A stretch of 62,935 nt of DNA, the filler included, from Globobulimina sp. (taxonomy: Eukaryota): the NCBI GenBank assembly GCA_003354225.1. It is 46 parts of 46 records of this genome, joined end to end, with 100 filler letters (N's around TTAATTAATTAA, not from the genome) between each part and the next. Parts side by side here need not be neighbours in the genome. Positions count along the whole stretch, not along the records: positions 1 to 1,271 come from PIVH01019705.1; positions 1,372 to 2,642 come from PIVH01019706.1; positions 2,743 to 4,013 come from PIVH01019707.1; positions 4,114 to 5,384 come from PIVH01019708.1; positions 5,485 to 6,755 come from PIVH01019709.1; positions 6,856 to 8,126 come from PIVH01019710.1; positions 8,227 to 9,497 come from PIVH01019711.1; positions 9,598 to 10,868 come from PIVH01019712.1; 38 more parts are not named here. One strand, 5' to 3'. This document shows, piece after piece, positions 1-12,620 of this stretch; positions within the stretch are counted from its first letter, which is position 1, and every line of letters begins with the position of its first letter. The translations under genes were made by a program, and so were the position numbers. A model generated the notes under the pieces. That model had not been told where the DNA came from and did not search any database. It saw only the letters and a list, made by a program, of their open reading frames with translations.

Positions 1-1271
1 CGATTTGAGAAGTTTTTAGGCACAAAGTGGGGTGTTTGGATCACAAAATATAAATATTTTGTGTTAGCTTTCTTCGCCATACTTTATGTAGTAACCATAA
101 TTGGCACCGTCTCACTCCAAACCGCATCCAAAACAGATGACCCATTTAGCTCTGATCATTGGTACGTAGTCTCACAAAAAACGTTGGGCAAATTCACCGC
201 GGCAGAGACTGACTCGTTGGTACCCTGCCATGTCACATTTGGTATAGAAGGCGTGGACAGATCCGGTGTACGCAAGTATCGCCCGGACGACTATTATGGG
301 GAAATAATATGGGATAAAAACTTCGAAATGTCGACCAGTGCACAGCAGGCATATTTAAAATATGTCTGCGAAGCATTTAAAAACAACACCGATTTAGTCC
401 ATAATCGTGGTGTGGTGTTCTGTCCAATTGAGGATTTTGAACAGTATTTGACTGCTAAAAGTGTTGCCTTTCCGTACGTGTATTCAGGTAATGACCTGAG
501 TCAAAATGAAGCTTTTGCGCGAGAATGGAATGCATTTTTAACTTCCATTGATGGCATGGACGCTATGCGCGAGGCATTGTCGTATGTGGAGCATGATGCT
601 GACACTGATTTATATGATATTAAGTTTTATGCGTTGTGGTATTATTCCAGTTTGGTGTCTGAAGGTTTTACCATCGACGGTCCGACATTTAAGGACTATT
701 TGGATAAAATGAATGCTTTTCTCGACGAAGTGACTGGTCCTTCCAGCGATTGTCCTGCAAATTTGTGCGGATCCATCGGGAATCCGAGCATTTTGTTTGT
801 GTTTTTATCCATTATCGATGGGTATATCTCGTCTGCGATGAAGGGGATATTGATCGCTTTGCCGTTGGCTGCAGTTATAATGGTGTTTAGTACAGGAAAT
901 TGGATCATTGCTTTGTTTGCCTTGTTTGATATAATTGGTGTGATGTTGAGCGAATTGTCGATAATGTACTGTTTGGGCTATGAGTTCTCTTTGACGGAGA
1001 GCATTGCCATTGTGGTGATTATCGGCTTTAGTGTGGATTATGTGGTTCATTTAGCAAACGCTTATTTGGAATCTGCAGCGGAAACCAGGGACGAACGCTT
1101 GTCGTTTTCCTTGCTAACTATTGGAATTTCGGTGGTGAGTGGAGCGGCCACCACTTTTTTAGCTGGAATGTTTTTGTCATTTGCGGAAGTTACATTTTTA
1201 AAAAAAATGGGTGCGATTTTAATGACCACTGTGCTGATGTCAATATTTTGGGCGATGACTTTTTTTACTGC
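1..1271 (+). CDS. Dispatched/Patched-family (eukaryotic RND, sterol-sensing) membrane protein, partial at both ends
   Basis: Frame open from base 1; large luminal loop then TM helices with IGFSVDYVVH (GxxxD) and IGISVVSGAATT. Confidence 0.85.
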
Positions 1272-1371
1272 NNNNNNNNNNNNNNNNNNNNNNNNNNNNN
1301 NNNNNNNNNNNNNNNTTAATTAATTAANNNNNNNNNNNNNNNNNNNNNNNNNNNNNNNNNNNNNNNNNNNN
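1272..1371. other. Artificial contig-joining spacer (N-run + TTAATTAATTAA + N-run); first of 45 such spacers, about every 1.37 kb
   Basis: Identical 100-nt block between all contigs; the 12-mer gives stops in all six frames; contig lengths fall 1271->1270->1269. Confidence 0.98.
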
Positions 1372-1579
1372 GCATCCTTCTTTATAGGTACATACCATAG
1401 TTAATTGTAGTCGTGGTTATACTAGATGTAGTAGTTGTAGCATATATCGAGCGTGTGCTAGGAGCGAGTGGCTGGTTTTCGATCTCCCCTTAGTTTTAAA
1501 CGGCTGGCCGATTATTGAAAATTTCGATTAACACTTTGTGTTGTGAATAAGCCATTTAAATCGAAGAAATTGACATCTA

Positions 1580-2251
1580 ATGTTGTTCCCAACGAAACCC
1601 AGTAGTAGTTCTTCTGGAACAAAATCTCAATTATCCGAAGCTCAAGTGTTGTTGGAAAGTGCTCTCAAAAAGTTGGCATTAGCTCAAGAGAAAATTGACA
1701 TTCTGAAGAAAGACAATGAAGAATTAAAGAGTCGAATCGAGGCAGTAACATTCAAAACAACTGAATCGCGGGACCACCAAGATCTGTTGAAAAAAATTGA
1801 AAAGACTGTCAGTATTTCGCAGAAATTGAAAACGGAACTTTATGAAATGCGTCAACGATTCAAACGTCATTTGAATTTAGTGATTTACAATTTTCCAGAA
1901 GATCAAAATGTGAATAGACAAACAGATGTGGACTCCGTCTGGGAAATGATTGAATTTGCTGGCATTCGTGATATCGATACATTCACTTGTGTACGTCTTG
2001 GAAACCAGTCGTCATCAAATTTGTTATTGAAACCTCGTCCATTATTGGTCGAGCTCGAAAATGTGTGCAGTCGGCGACTGCTCCTGGCCAAATCCGTGCC
2101 CATTGGAAAAGAATTTGGATGTTACATAAAGCCTGATTTATCGCAGAAACAAAGAACTCTGGAGAAAGAAGCTTGGAAAGAGCTGAAACTTAGAAGAGCA
2201 AATGGAGAAAAGGTTCGAATGTTTAGAAGCAAAGTTGTGGAAATTACTTAA
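1580..2251 (+). mobile_element. Non-LTR retrotransposon ORF1-like protein (coiled coil + RRM-like + C-terminal domain)
   Basis: Coiled coil followed by NLVIYNFPE, RLG...KPRPLLVEL, YIKPDLSQKQR, typical of CR1/L2-type ORF1. Confidence 0.7.
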
Positions 2252-2742
2252 ATCTTAATATGTCATTGTTTTCTATCGCTTTTATCCATTTGAGTCAAAT
2301 TCTTCTTAGTATCGAAATGTAATCTGTCTGATTTCGGAGTCAAAACATTGTTGAGCAAATGCAAGAGGTTCGGAATTTGTTTTTTTGTAAAGTCTTATCT
2401 TCTGTCTGTTAACCAGAATATGTTTACAAAATACTGTTGTTGACGTAACGTAATGATGCCTAGCACATGCAATTTAGGATTATTATATTTAATTTGTTTG
2501 TAGTTAGAAATTAATTGGGCCCACTTGGCCTGAAGGAATAAAACTTCTTCTTCGGGTTGGGCACCGGCAGTGCCCAACCCTTTAATGTTCCAAAACCGCT
2601 TATCCGCCATAATAGAAAAAAAATTATTTAATAACTTTCCAGNNNNNNNNNNNNNNNNNNNNNNNNNNNNNNNNNNNNNNNNNNNNTTAATTAATTAANN
2701 NNNNNNNNNNNNNNNNNNNNNNNNNNNNNNNNNNNNNNNNNN

Positions 2743-3107
2743 CAATTGAAATGATTCAAACAAAATCTTTGTCAATTTCTGCAAATACAGGGACAGATAC
2801 AAGTGCTGCGGATTTAATATGTATGAATGATGAAACAATTCAAGCAAAGATGAGTGGGATAGGTATAGAGACTGCCAGTCAATATATGGCAACCAACGGC
2901 TCTGCAGCATCAGCAGTAATTACTATAACTGCATGGAGTGGAAGAACAAAAACGATAAATAATATTATGGAAATGGAACATTCAGATAGTGAAAAAATGT
3001 ATGATAATGAAGATGAAAATGAAGGAAAAGAAACCTTAGGAAATGCTACCTTGGGGAATGATACATTGGGGAATGAGACAGCTGGAAACTATGTTACCCC
3101 TTCATGA
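2743..3107 (+). CDS. C-terminal fragment of unknown protein with GN[A/D/E]TLG-like repeats
   Basis: Open from contig edge to TGA 3105-3107; GKETLGNATLGNDTLGNETAGN. Confidence 0.45.
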
Positions 3108-3251
3108 GATATTTACATGCGCGTGAATAGTGTTTGTGTGTGTTTGTCACATACTAGTACTAGTTTTCTATAAAAAAGGGTTTAAATATTACAACTTATC
3201 ATATGATGTGGATTGTTGCTTGAAAAAACTGTCAAATAAAAGTTCTCCACT

Positions 3252-4013
3252 TTGGAGAGCATGGAGTATATATCAGAAACAACTCCATTATTACTCCACA
3301 ATGGAAGTATTAACAGAAAAAAATGTAAATATTTATTTGCAACCAAAACATATTTATTTGCATTCATATTGTTCATATTTCTCTGTGGAATGGGAATATT
3401 TTATATTTCACAATTATTATCATCACAATCCATGCTTCCAAACATGCAATCAATTAAATCTAACACTCAATATCATAAAATATGGAAAATCAACAATTAT
3501 TTAATAACAAATAGCACTGTTATCCATTCGGATAAAAACAGTAAAGTTTCCAATGGAAAAAATACACCGTCTTCTGAAAAAAGTAGAAAGGGTCATCATG
3601 GACATGGACATGGACACAAAATCATCATTAAAGTACCGGGTTCATCATCATCATCCTCATCTTCCTCCTCATCGTCAGCTGGGAAATCAAAAAAAGGTAA
3701 ACGTAAATCAACACATGAACCAACAGCAAAACCATCCATCACTCCCACACATAAAGCATCAATATCACCTACCAATAAACCAACACATAAACCAACAAAT
3801 ACACCATCTACATCACCCTCCATGCAACCAACCAAAAAACCAACGTATAAACCTTCTACATTACCCACCAATACACCTTCCATAACACCAACACAACAAC
3901 CATCTTTTTTACCTACTTTTCAACCATCTATGTCACCCACATACAAACCCACAAATACACCAACAATCTCACCTACACACAACCCAACCAATACACCATC
4001 CATAGCACCAACC
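3252..4013 (+). CDS. Type II membrane mucin-like protein with PTxxPT/PS repeats, 3' partial
   Basis: One N-terminal TM helix, His/Ser/Lys-rich linker, then a long PTHKPTNTPS-type repeat array to the contig end. Confidence 0.75.
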
Positions 4014-4202
4014 NNNNNNNNNNNNNNNNNNNNNNNNNNNNNNNNNNNNNNNNNNNNTTAATTAATTAANNNNNNNNNNNNNNNNNNNNNNNNNNNNNNN
4101 NNNNNNNNNNNNNGAGTACGTTGGTATGGTCTGCGAAGGTGTTGGTAATAGTGGCGATAGGGTTAATTGTAGTAGGGATATTTATGTAAAGGGAGGTGGG
4201 AT

Positions 4203-4400
4203 ATGGTAGCAGAAGACATATTAGGTTTATTATTAAGTACGAAGGAAGAGGGGGAGTGGGGGTCATATTCATTTAATGTAACAGAGGGTCCGAAGGAAGG
4301 GCCGGTAATAATAGCTGTAATATTACCAGGGACGACGAAGGAGAATGCGATACGGGTGCAGAATGGGGCAGCAGATGCTTTTAAGGCGTTGAATAAGTAA
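4203..4400 (+). CDS. Small prokaryotic/phage-type hypothetical protein (65 aa)
   Basis: GGAGGT Shine-Dalgarno at 4192-4197; tight packing with upstream TAA and the downstream SD-led ORF. Confidence 0.55.
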   Translation: MVAEDILGLLLSTKEEGEWGSYSFNVTEGPKEGPVIIAVILPGTTKENAIRVQNGAADAFKALNK

Positions 4401-4408
4401 GGAGGGTT

Positions 4409-4537
4409 ATGGACAGTTATTACGAGTTATTAAGTAAGCAGGTAGAGTTAGCTAAGAAGCATTTAAAGGCGTTAGAGGTATTGTATGAATTACATGAATC
4501 AAAATATCGATTATATGATTTGCATTATCGAATTTAA
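4409..4537 (+). CDS. Second prokaryotic-type small ORF (MDSYYELLSKQVELAKKHLKALEV...), probably cut by a chimeric junction
   Basis: TAAGGAGG overlapping the previous stop, ATG at 4409; composition turns AT-rich after about 4480. Confidence 0.4.
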   Translation: MDSYYELLSKQVELAKKHLKALEVLYELHESKYRLYDLHYRI

Positions 4538-5037
4538 GGTTTGTTTTGGATATGATGTATTTTTTACACTGTGAATGTAAAACTTGATGAAAAATAATCA
4601 AACTGAATGTTACAATCATTAACACAACGCTATCATCAATATTCTGCATATATGGAACAGTCAGATTAAGGCACAATAACAAAATCTTTGAAACTGAGTT
4701 TCCAATAATCTGTATATTAATTATTATTACTAGTATCTGAAGTATCAATTGTTAAATCGAATAGATGCTCGTGTTTAACTGTACAGATTTGAACCTGAAG
4801 AATCAAATCGACGTTTTTGTTTTGTTGAGATATTGTTTTTTGGTAAAGTACTTCAAAAAAATGTGTTGGACTTTTATTTTTTCTTCTTCTTCAAAATACT
4901 ATGATATATTTACAATAATTAAATTGAGTTATGATTTGAATATAAAATACGTATATGTGGGAAAAGAAGAAATTAAAAAGAAAAACGCAATCAAAAAGCA
5001 GCCAAACAACGCACAAATCACCATTCACCACTCACAT

Positions 5038-5384
5038 TTAGTCATCATTTTGATTTTCCTGTTTCTTTTGTTGTTCCTCTAAAAACCTCAACCTCGCTCT
5101 CCTCAAATCGTCCGCATCCTGCGGCTTCCCAATATTTGAACTCGAGCCAATTCTTTGTTTCTTATTATCCTCCGATCGATGCATTTGCTGCATTTGTTGT
5201 TGTTGCTTCTCTTCATCCATCTCAATCTGAACCTGTCTCTCCCGATCGATCCTCGCCTGCTGCTCTCGCACTTGCTGTGCTTCGATGGCACTCAATCTCT
5301 GAGCCTGTTGTATCTGTCTTTGTACCTCATCGTCGTCCTCATCCAACCCCGAAATGCACGACGATATCACCTGTGCGGAGCCAT
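5038..5384 (-). CDS. C-terminal fragment of Q/E/R-rich coiled-coil protein
   Basis: Charged helix ending DADDLRRARLRFLEE; AT-rich UTR-like DNA follows the stop. Confidence 0.55.
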
Positions 5385-5525
5385 NNNNNNNNNNNNNNNN
5401 NNNNNNNNNNNNNNNNNNNNNNNNNNNNTTAATTAATTAANNNNNNNNNNNNNNNNNNNNNNNNNNNNNNNNNNNNNNNNNNNNTCGTGTTGTCGATGTA
5501 TAATCACTATGATATGTTTATATTG

Positions 5526-6755
5526 TTAAACTAATTGCATTTGGATATATATAATTGGATCATACCATGGTGTGCCATCCAACCAATACCATTCATTTTG
5601 ACTAATAATATCTCGATGCATTCCAATCAATATAGGATCCAGCGATGCCTTGTGATAAATGCTATCGCCAATACCTTCATAAAAGGAGAATGATCCTTGA
5701 AGCGCGCAGTACCAATCTTCTTTCGTTATTATTGTAGCAAAGGTGGTGCCATACAGATATTCACAAGTTAGACCAATGTCACTCCACTGACCGGCTGCAC
5801 TGAGAAATACAGGAACGATATCTGTGTATATAGCCCTATAACTTGACTCGCTGCAACACAGTGCCTGCTGCTCCCACTGAACAGACTGTTTCCTAAATGT
5901 TGTAATTTGCAATGTATATTGCTCGGAGGGAAGCGAACCCACTGTAATAAGCAGTTGATACCCAATAGAAAATAATATGGCGTCATCGTACCAAAACAAC
6001 ACACTGCCGTTGGAATCATACAGACCTAATACTAAAGCATGCTCATTGCCGAGGACGTACTGCTTCTATATCAAACCGCAAATATTCTGTATTCCGGGAC
6101 AAATAATGATTATTCACAGGATCCAGACAAGCATCAAAACCAAACTGTGAGCATATAATTATTATTTGGCCACAATTATTCCAGTCATCAGTATTATTCG
6201 CAATAGTGATCGATATATTTGTTGAAAACACTGCATTCTCTCCACATAATACTTGTATTTGCCATTCTCGATGAGTTTCAACATCAAAAGTAATCTGCAA
6301 AATATATTGTGCGATATCTAAAAACCATATAAATGATTGTGCCAAAGGACAATATCCATCCTCGAAATCGTAACTTAGTAAATGCCACCCTTTGTCATAC
6401 AAGCGGAGATTTTGTATTTGTGGTTGATTTGGATCTGAACCGCAGGTATCTAGGAATACTGACGTATCATTTTGCGTTATGTTGAGATAATAATATTGAA
6501 TGGATACTTTTGTGCCCATTCCAAATAACGTCACACCACAATAAATCGTGTCGGTAAAGGTTGAGCAGATATAATCCGTTGAACATATATAATTAAACAT
6601 ATATTCTGACAAACTCAGGTTCAAATATCTTGACATAACTAGATCATGCAAAGCACAGTAAGCAGCGCATTGGGAATTGAATTGTTGACATTCGATGTTA
6701 TATTCATATGATGCGCAATGATATCAGCGAGCTCGACAAGAAGCATATGCACCAC
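5526..6755 (-). pseudogene. Cys-rich surface protein with PPC-like beta domains and a C-type-lectin-like domain, frameshifted
   Basis: DTCGS...LRLYD...YILQI pattern twice; ILIGM...WYWLDGTPW; frame change near 6060 links ORFs 6043-6651 and 5526-6002. Confidence 0.5.
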
Positions 6756-6855
6756 NNNNNNNNNNNNNNNNNNNNNNNNNNNNNNNNNNNNNNNNNNNNT
6801 TAATTAATTAANNNNNNNNNNNNNNNNNNNNNNNNNNNNNNNNNNNNNNNNNNNN

Positions 6856-8126
6856 AGTTTATCAGTTCATGGAACGGGGCAATATGGAAATATTGAATGT
6901 CCTGGAAATAACAATGAATGTATTATAGAATGCAGTGACTATGAATGTAGAGACTCGACATTTACGGCACAAACAGATACCTCAAAGTTGCAAATCACCG
7001 CATTTGGTACTGAATCATTAAACAATGCGAAAATATTTTCAGTTAATGGTTTTGATAATTTACACGTATCATTGAGGTATGAATATAATCCAAAAATAAT
7101 TAAATATGAGTAATGTTTTGATTTCGGAGATTTTCATATTTGGACAGTTCATCATGAAAAAAAAAATTCATGCTTTGAAATATTCACATCAATTATCGTT
7201 ATATTTGATTTTTCATGACATTCTTTTGAAGTATCCAAATACGAAAATCTCGATCTGAATATTTCACAGTTACCAATCTGTTAGAAATATTGTTGAAAAT
7301 CTTCGAAGTCAATTAATTGGTAACTGTGATTTATACAAAATCATAATTTACAATCGATCATGACACGTTTATCTCATTTTATTTTGTCGTTAAGCTGCAA
7401 TTACTCAACAAATATTTTGGCGAATTGTTATGATGTTGCAAATCCACCCAAATTATTTTGTACATCCGACTATGGAACAACGTGTAATATTGAATTGCAA
7501 ACAGGAATTAATAACTGGCAATGTACGGACATTGATATGGCTGTCTTATGCGATGAAACCACAACAAATGGATATTATAGTAATAATTTGGTATGTAATG
7601 AACAGTATGAATGCCAAAGTAAAACACTGTATTGTACGGATAACGAAGATTGTTATGTTTATTGTACTGCAAACTATGCTTGCAAACTGGCAACGATTTA
7701 TGGACCAGCCACAACTGGTAATTTAACAGTGTATTGTAGTGAGTCAAAGAAGTCATGTCAGTCAGCAATAATTTATGGAGGAACAAATGGTAATGTATTT
7801 GTAGAATGTGTTTCAGGAACAAATAATCAATGTAATTCAATTGCAATATATTGTGCAGTGAATGGATTTTGTGAGTTTGATTGTGGTGTATTAGGAACAA
7901 GTAATCGGTGCAAGTTTATTTTTGTTGATGCAACAGCTATGATAACAGGAAGTTTATTAGTTCACGGAACGGGACAATATGGAAATATTCAATGTCCTGG
8001 CAATAATAATGAATGTATTATAGAATGCAGTGACTATGAATGTAGAGACTCGACATTTACGGCACAAACAGATACCTCAAAGTTGCAAATCACCGCATTT
8101 GGTACTGATTCATTAAACAATGCGAA
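6856..8126 (+). CDS. Cys-rich repetitive extracellular protein, partial; exons 6856-7076 and 7395-8126
   Basis: GT-AG intron 7077-7394 joins both exons in frame (AG|C); regular Cys spacing; 6856-7031 recurs at 7951-8126. Confidence 0.7.
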
Positions 8127-8226
8127 NNNNNNNNNNNNNNNNNNNNNNNNNNNNNNNNNNNNNNNNNNNNTTAATTAATTAANNNNNNNNNNNNNNNNNN
8201 NNNNNNNNNNNNNNNNNNNNNNNNNN

Positions 8227-9112
8227 CGACTGCATAATTCCATTCTGCTAAAAATTCTGCGTATAATTGTTCATATCTTTGTAATGATTCTAAAGATGTA
8301 AACGTATGAAGACATTTCCATCCATCAAAACGTCTTAATATTATCTTTAATTGTTTCTTTCCACCATAATTTGTATATAACCATGTTTTTACCTTTTCGA
8401 GTGTTGGTAATGTATTTAACACGGCAAAAATTTGTTTTCTTACTTGTTTATTCAAACCTTTAGTTATAACTAATGTACGCATTTGATCGTCTGTTTTATC
8501 ATAACTTTTCTGGTAAAAATCAATCTCTTGAATAAATGTACGAGGGCCACCTTCATGTCCAAAACCTGAAAATTCTGTTTTGAATGAATGGGCACCTTTC
8601 ATTCTTATTTCATAGTCACTAATACGAGCGCGAATGGCAGTATCTTCACTATGATCATTGTTAGGTGCAATAATTGTGACAATATCATTATTAATAATCG
8701 AATCATTATTAATAATCGAATCAATGATCGGATGAATATCATCAAGATCAATATCATCATCGCTCCGATGATCATCTTCATCATTATGTTGATGAGAAGG
8801 AGGATTAATCTCTGCTTGTTGATCATCAGCGATATCAGGTTGATGATTACCTCTACCATTATTGTTATTACTTGCAAGATTTCTTGGATGATGTAAGATA
8901 GCCTGTTTATAAGCATCTTTACGGTTGGTAAGGTTATTATTCGTTTTGTTACGGAATTCCGGATGTTGTAGTCGATCCTGATATTGTACACCTAACACTC
9001 GCAATATACCACGTAATTCTCTGCCATTGTACGGTTCTAAAGTACGTAATGTTACAGGAAATCTGGGCATATCATTTGTCATATCAATATAATCATTGTT
9101 TAACATTGCCAT
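8227..9112 (-). mobile_element. LTR-retrotransposon gag-like protein, 3' partial
   Basis: Low-complexity N-terminus then FSGFGHEGGPRTFIQEIDFY...LEKVKTWLYTNYGG capsid-like pattern; intronless. Confidence 0.5.
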
Positions 9113-9597
9113 TACAATAAATTATTTATAATCGAAATTTCGGAGAATCAAATATAAATTTTTAAATTTTGGTGTAAGGTAAAATTATAAATAATTTTTA
9201 TTTACACTAATGTTTGTTTACACGTAATAAAAGCTTATTGATGGGATGTAGCTAATATCCTAATAATCTTTTGTTAACGAGTTGTTTGTTTTTGTTGTTT
9301 GAGTTCCGGCCGGGAAGTTTTGTGTTACCACAAACGATGTCCGAAATAAACGGTTAACGCTAAAACGTAAGGTTTAAACGTTAGTAGCTTGTTTGCTAAC
9401 TTAGCTTGAGAGCTTAGTCGCGAGTTCTTCTAGACACTACCACAAAGAAAGCGGGTGCCAAGTTGTGAGAAACTAAGAATGTATTAGTAAGAGGGATNNN
9501 NNNNNNNNNNNNNNNNNNNNNNNNNNNNNNNNNNNNNNNNNTTAATTAATTAANNNNNNNNNNNNNNNNNNNNNNNNNNNNNNNNNNNNNNNNNNNN

Positions 9598-10868
9598 ACG
9601 CATAACTCCGAATCGTTGTTATTTTCTAATTCTTCGTTGCAGCCAATGGTAATACATAATTTAATGTCAAAAATTTGAAAGAATTTAGAATTAAGATGCA
9701 AATTATCATTTTTCGTCGCAATTTGGTGTTTCTTCAATGTCAGGAACCGCGACCAGTGCTTTTTGTATTCTTTGCATTGACTGTTATTACAATGCCATTT
9801 AATTTTTAATTTTGTGTCGTTGTTGATGCAAATATCGCAGAACCAATCAATGATAAATGAAATTTGATCAATATTGTATTTGATTTTGTCGATCGCGATT
9901 TGTTTGTTACAGTTATTACATCATACTGTGTTTGTGTGTGGTTTGTGAGTAAGTTTGGGTATAATGGATGGTGGAATATTATTTAATTTCTGTTCATGTA
10001 TCCATTGTTGCGCTGTAACGATGGTAGATTTGCCTGCAAATAATTTCTTGTTTTGGTAAAAGAGCCTTTTATCGTTAGCGCAACTAAAATTCTTTGGGAT
10101 GTTGGAAAAGTCCGTATTGATATCATATCTGTTCAAATTTGCTTGTTTGAATTGCTTAAAAGTTAATAGATCACCGTCTTCGTCGTCTGAAATGGTACAA
10201 ATTGGTAATTCCGATTTATTGATGGTTACTGTCGTATTAATGGTTGGTACTTTTATCTATTTGCAATATCGAGATATGTTCTTGGATATTTCCGGGTTTC
10301 TGTGCGGTTTTCAAAAACTTACTCGGCTTTCTGTAAGTATTTAGTCTAATTTTCTTCCGTTTAGGGCTAATTTTCTTTGCTTTGCCGTCAATGATATCGA
10401 CAATATCACCATCAGAGTCGGTCGAGAATGTGCGTCGCCTTTTTTTCTTGTTCTTCGCTACCTTGATGCCGCCATTATAATCCTTGTTTCCTGCCTTATC
10501 CTCTAATTTATTATTATTTATTATTGATTTACTATTATTATAATCGAATTTGAATTTAAATGTACTTTTGTTAGCCATGGGGGGTTTGCTTGGCTTTTGA
10601 TTGTTTGCCACATGTTTGCTTTGTTTGATGTTATAGTTGCGATTCTGCATAGGATGTAGTGCTTTAATTTGATATTGTTTATTGTTATTAATGTATGATG
10701 GTTGTTGTTGCTGTTGTTGTTTATGGCGATGTTGCCGCATCTTCGTAATACGCATAACTCCGAATCGTTGTTATTTTCTAATTCTTCGTTGCAGCCAATG
10801 GTAATACATAATTTAATGTCAAAAATTTGAAAGAATTTAGAATTAAGATGCAAATTATCATTTTTCGT
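9598..10868. repeat. Contig with exact 119-bp terminal direct repeat (9598-9716 = 10750-10868); 1152-bp unit
   Basis: Base-for-base identity of the two contig ends. Confidence 0.9.
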
Positions 10869-10968
10869 NNNNNNNNNNNNNNNNNNNNNNNNNNNNNNNN
10901 NNNNNNNNNNNNTTAATTAATTAANNNNNNNNNNNNNNNNNNNNNNNNNNNNNNNNNNNNNNNNNNNN

Positions 10969-12239
10969 AACCAATAAAAATAGCAATTAAAACTGCGATT
11001 ATTTTGTATAATAAATCTGCGGAAGAAAATATATTAACGTTAAGAAAAGGAAATCTTTGTGTTTCTATATTTTTCTTTTTCTCTTCATATTCAAGATAAT
11101 AGTTTGCACACTCAAAATATAAATATTTTCGTTCCGTTTTGGTAAACAAAAACCATAAATATTTATTGCAAAATCTGTCATCCAATGCTGCCAAACATGG
11201 TATAATGGTCAACCAGTTCAAGAATGCCAAATTGCCACTGATTATAATTAAAAACTGAAACAATATTTGGATTATTCCAGCCACCAAAGCAATATTTCGA
11301 AGCGGTATCAGCAGGAACCACGGGGCAATTAATTCGACGAAATGATTCACGCCAACTTCAAATTGATGAAACCAATGAGGATTATTGTGCATAAACCATG
11401 ATATTGGAGAGGGATTAGGTTGAGTCTCATAGTGATAATGCATACAAGTCTGTGGTTGCATGCTTATATTATATATATTTCATAATAATGAATATGAAAC
11501 TTAACATAATCTAACCAACATCCGCCAGCTCTGATTTTTATCAATCCGGCACCCATAATATTGCGAAATATTAACCATTTAAATAAATATAATATAATAT
11601 ATGATGGTGGAACTGGCGGTTTCTGCTTTGGCAATAAAAATGGATTTGGATTGGGATCAGAAATCATAGTTTGTTTCCATGGAAACAGTCTACTTCTACA
11701 GAGGAAAATGGCGAAGAAACCAGTTTCGACCACAAGGGATTCCCACTCATAGCCATAGAATAACTGTCCCACCTAAAATGTATAGAGGATGCCATTGATT
11801 GTGCCTGTTTTTTGAAAGATAATATTACGTAACATTGACTAAAGAATGATACAGTATCCATAGAGCAAGAAATACAGAAACATGACAAAATCGATGACCA
11901 AACAAAACCACCAATGACGATAATATTATGCCGCAAATTGCTATTTGATCAATGGAATCATTGCTGGCGCTCATAAACCATAACAAGGTTGGTACATTCA
12001 CAAATTTATTCCAATTTGAATTGAGATGTTCGGAGTTTGACTGTAACCGATTTAAATAAGTAGTGTATGGATAGATTCCTGCCGTTCCAATCAATGCATG
12101 ATTTTGAACATAAGCGACACAAAATGCGGTCAAATAAATGCAAGCCATCGATCTTAAAACCAACAATGATGTGAACCAATATGTTGCTTTTGTGGATGTT
12201 ATAACCTTGGGAACCAAGCCTGCTTTCTGTTTTTTTTTG
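10969..12239 (-). CDS. LMF: Lipase maturation factor family protein, partial; introns 11773-11833 and 11450-11505
   Basis: Splicing gives SLVN|VGQLFYGYEWESLVVETGF, GAGLIKIR, CWLDY|TCMHYHYETQPNP, ISGNLAFLNWLT. Confidence 0.93.
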
Positions 12240-12339
12240 NNNNNNNNNNNNNNNNNNNNNNNNNNNNNNNNNNNNNNNNNNNNTTAATTAATTAANNNNN
12301 NNNNNNNNNNNNNNNNNNNNNNNNNNNNNNNNNNNNNNN

Positions 12340-12600
12340 TGGGGAATGTGGCCATTAACGTTACAATTTCCAGAGGAAGTCAAACTTAATGAGGTCACAA
12401 AGAGATTGTATGGTATTGGTGTACCAGACCCAGACGGTGCAAAGGCTAAACAAGATAAAAAAATGCAAGATAAAAAAATGCAACAAAAAAACAATGGTGG
12501 AAAACTGTTTGATTATGTTCACCAACATCAATATATTCCAATATGTGGTTTGATTGTCGTAGCGGCGACATTCTTGTTTTTTAAATCATTCCGTAAGTAA
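12340..12600 (+). CDS. C-terminal fragment of a tail-anchored membrane protein
   Basis: Ends with a hydrophobic helix and basic KSFRK*. Confidence 0.45.
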   Translation, partial: WGMWPLTLQFPEEVKLNEVTKRLYGIGVPDPDGAKAKQDKKMQDKKMQQKNNGGKLFDYVHQHQYIPICGLIVVAATFLFFKSFRK

Positions 12601-12620
12601 TCTGTAGATAATTTCCATGC

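Noticed and set aside
1316-1327. Regularly spaced TTAATTAATTAA as a biological repeat or CRISPR-like array
   Set aside because: Always embedded in fixed N-runs between size-sorted contigs; it is a concatenation linker
3553-3885. Alternative-frame and antisense ORFs over repeat-rich genes (also 57657-58106, 24179-24634, 62193-62645 and similar)
   Set aside because: Shadow ORFs from biased codon use of the real gene
4204-4213. TGGTAGCAGA as a Met-tRNA primer-binding site
   Set aside because: It is the start of the SD-led ORF (MVAE) with no LTR or gag nearby
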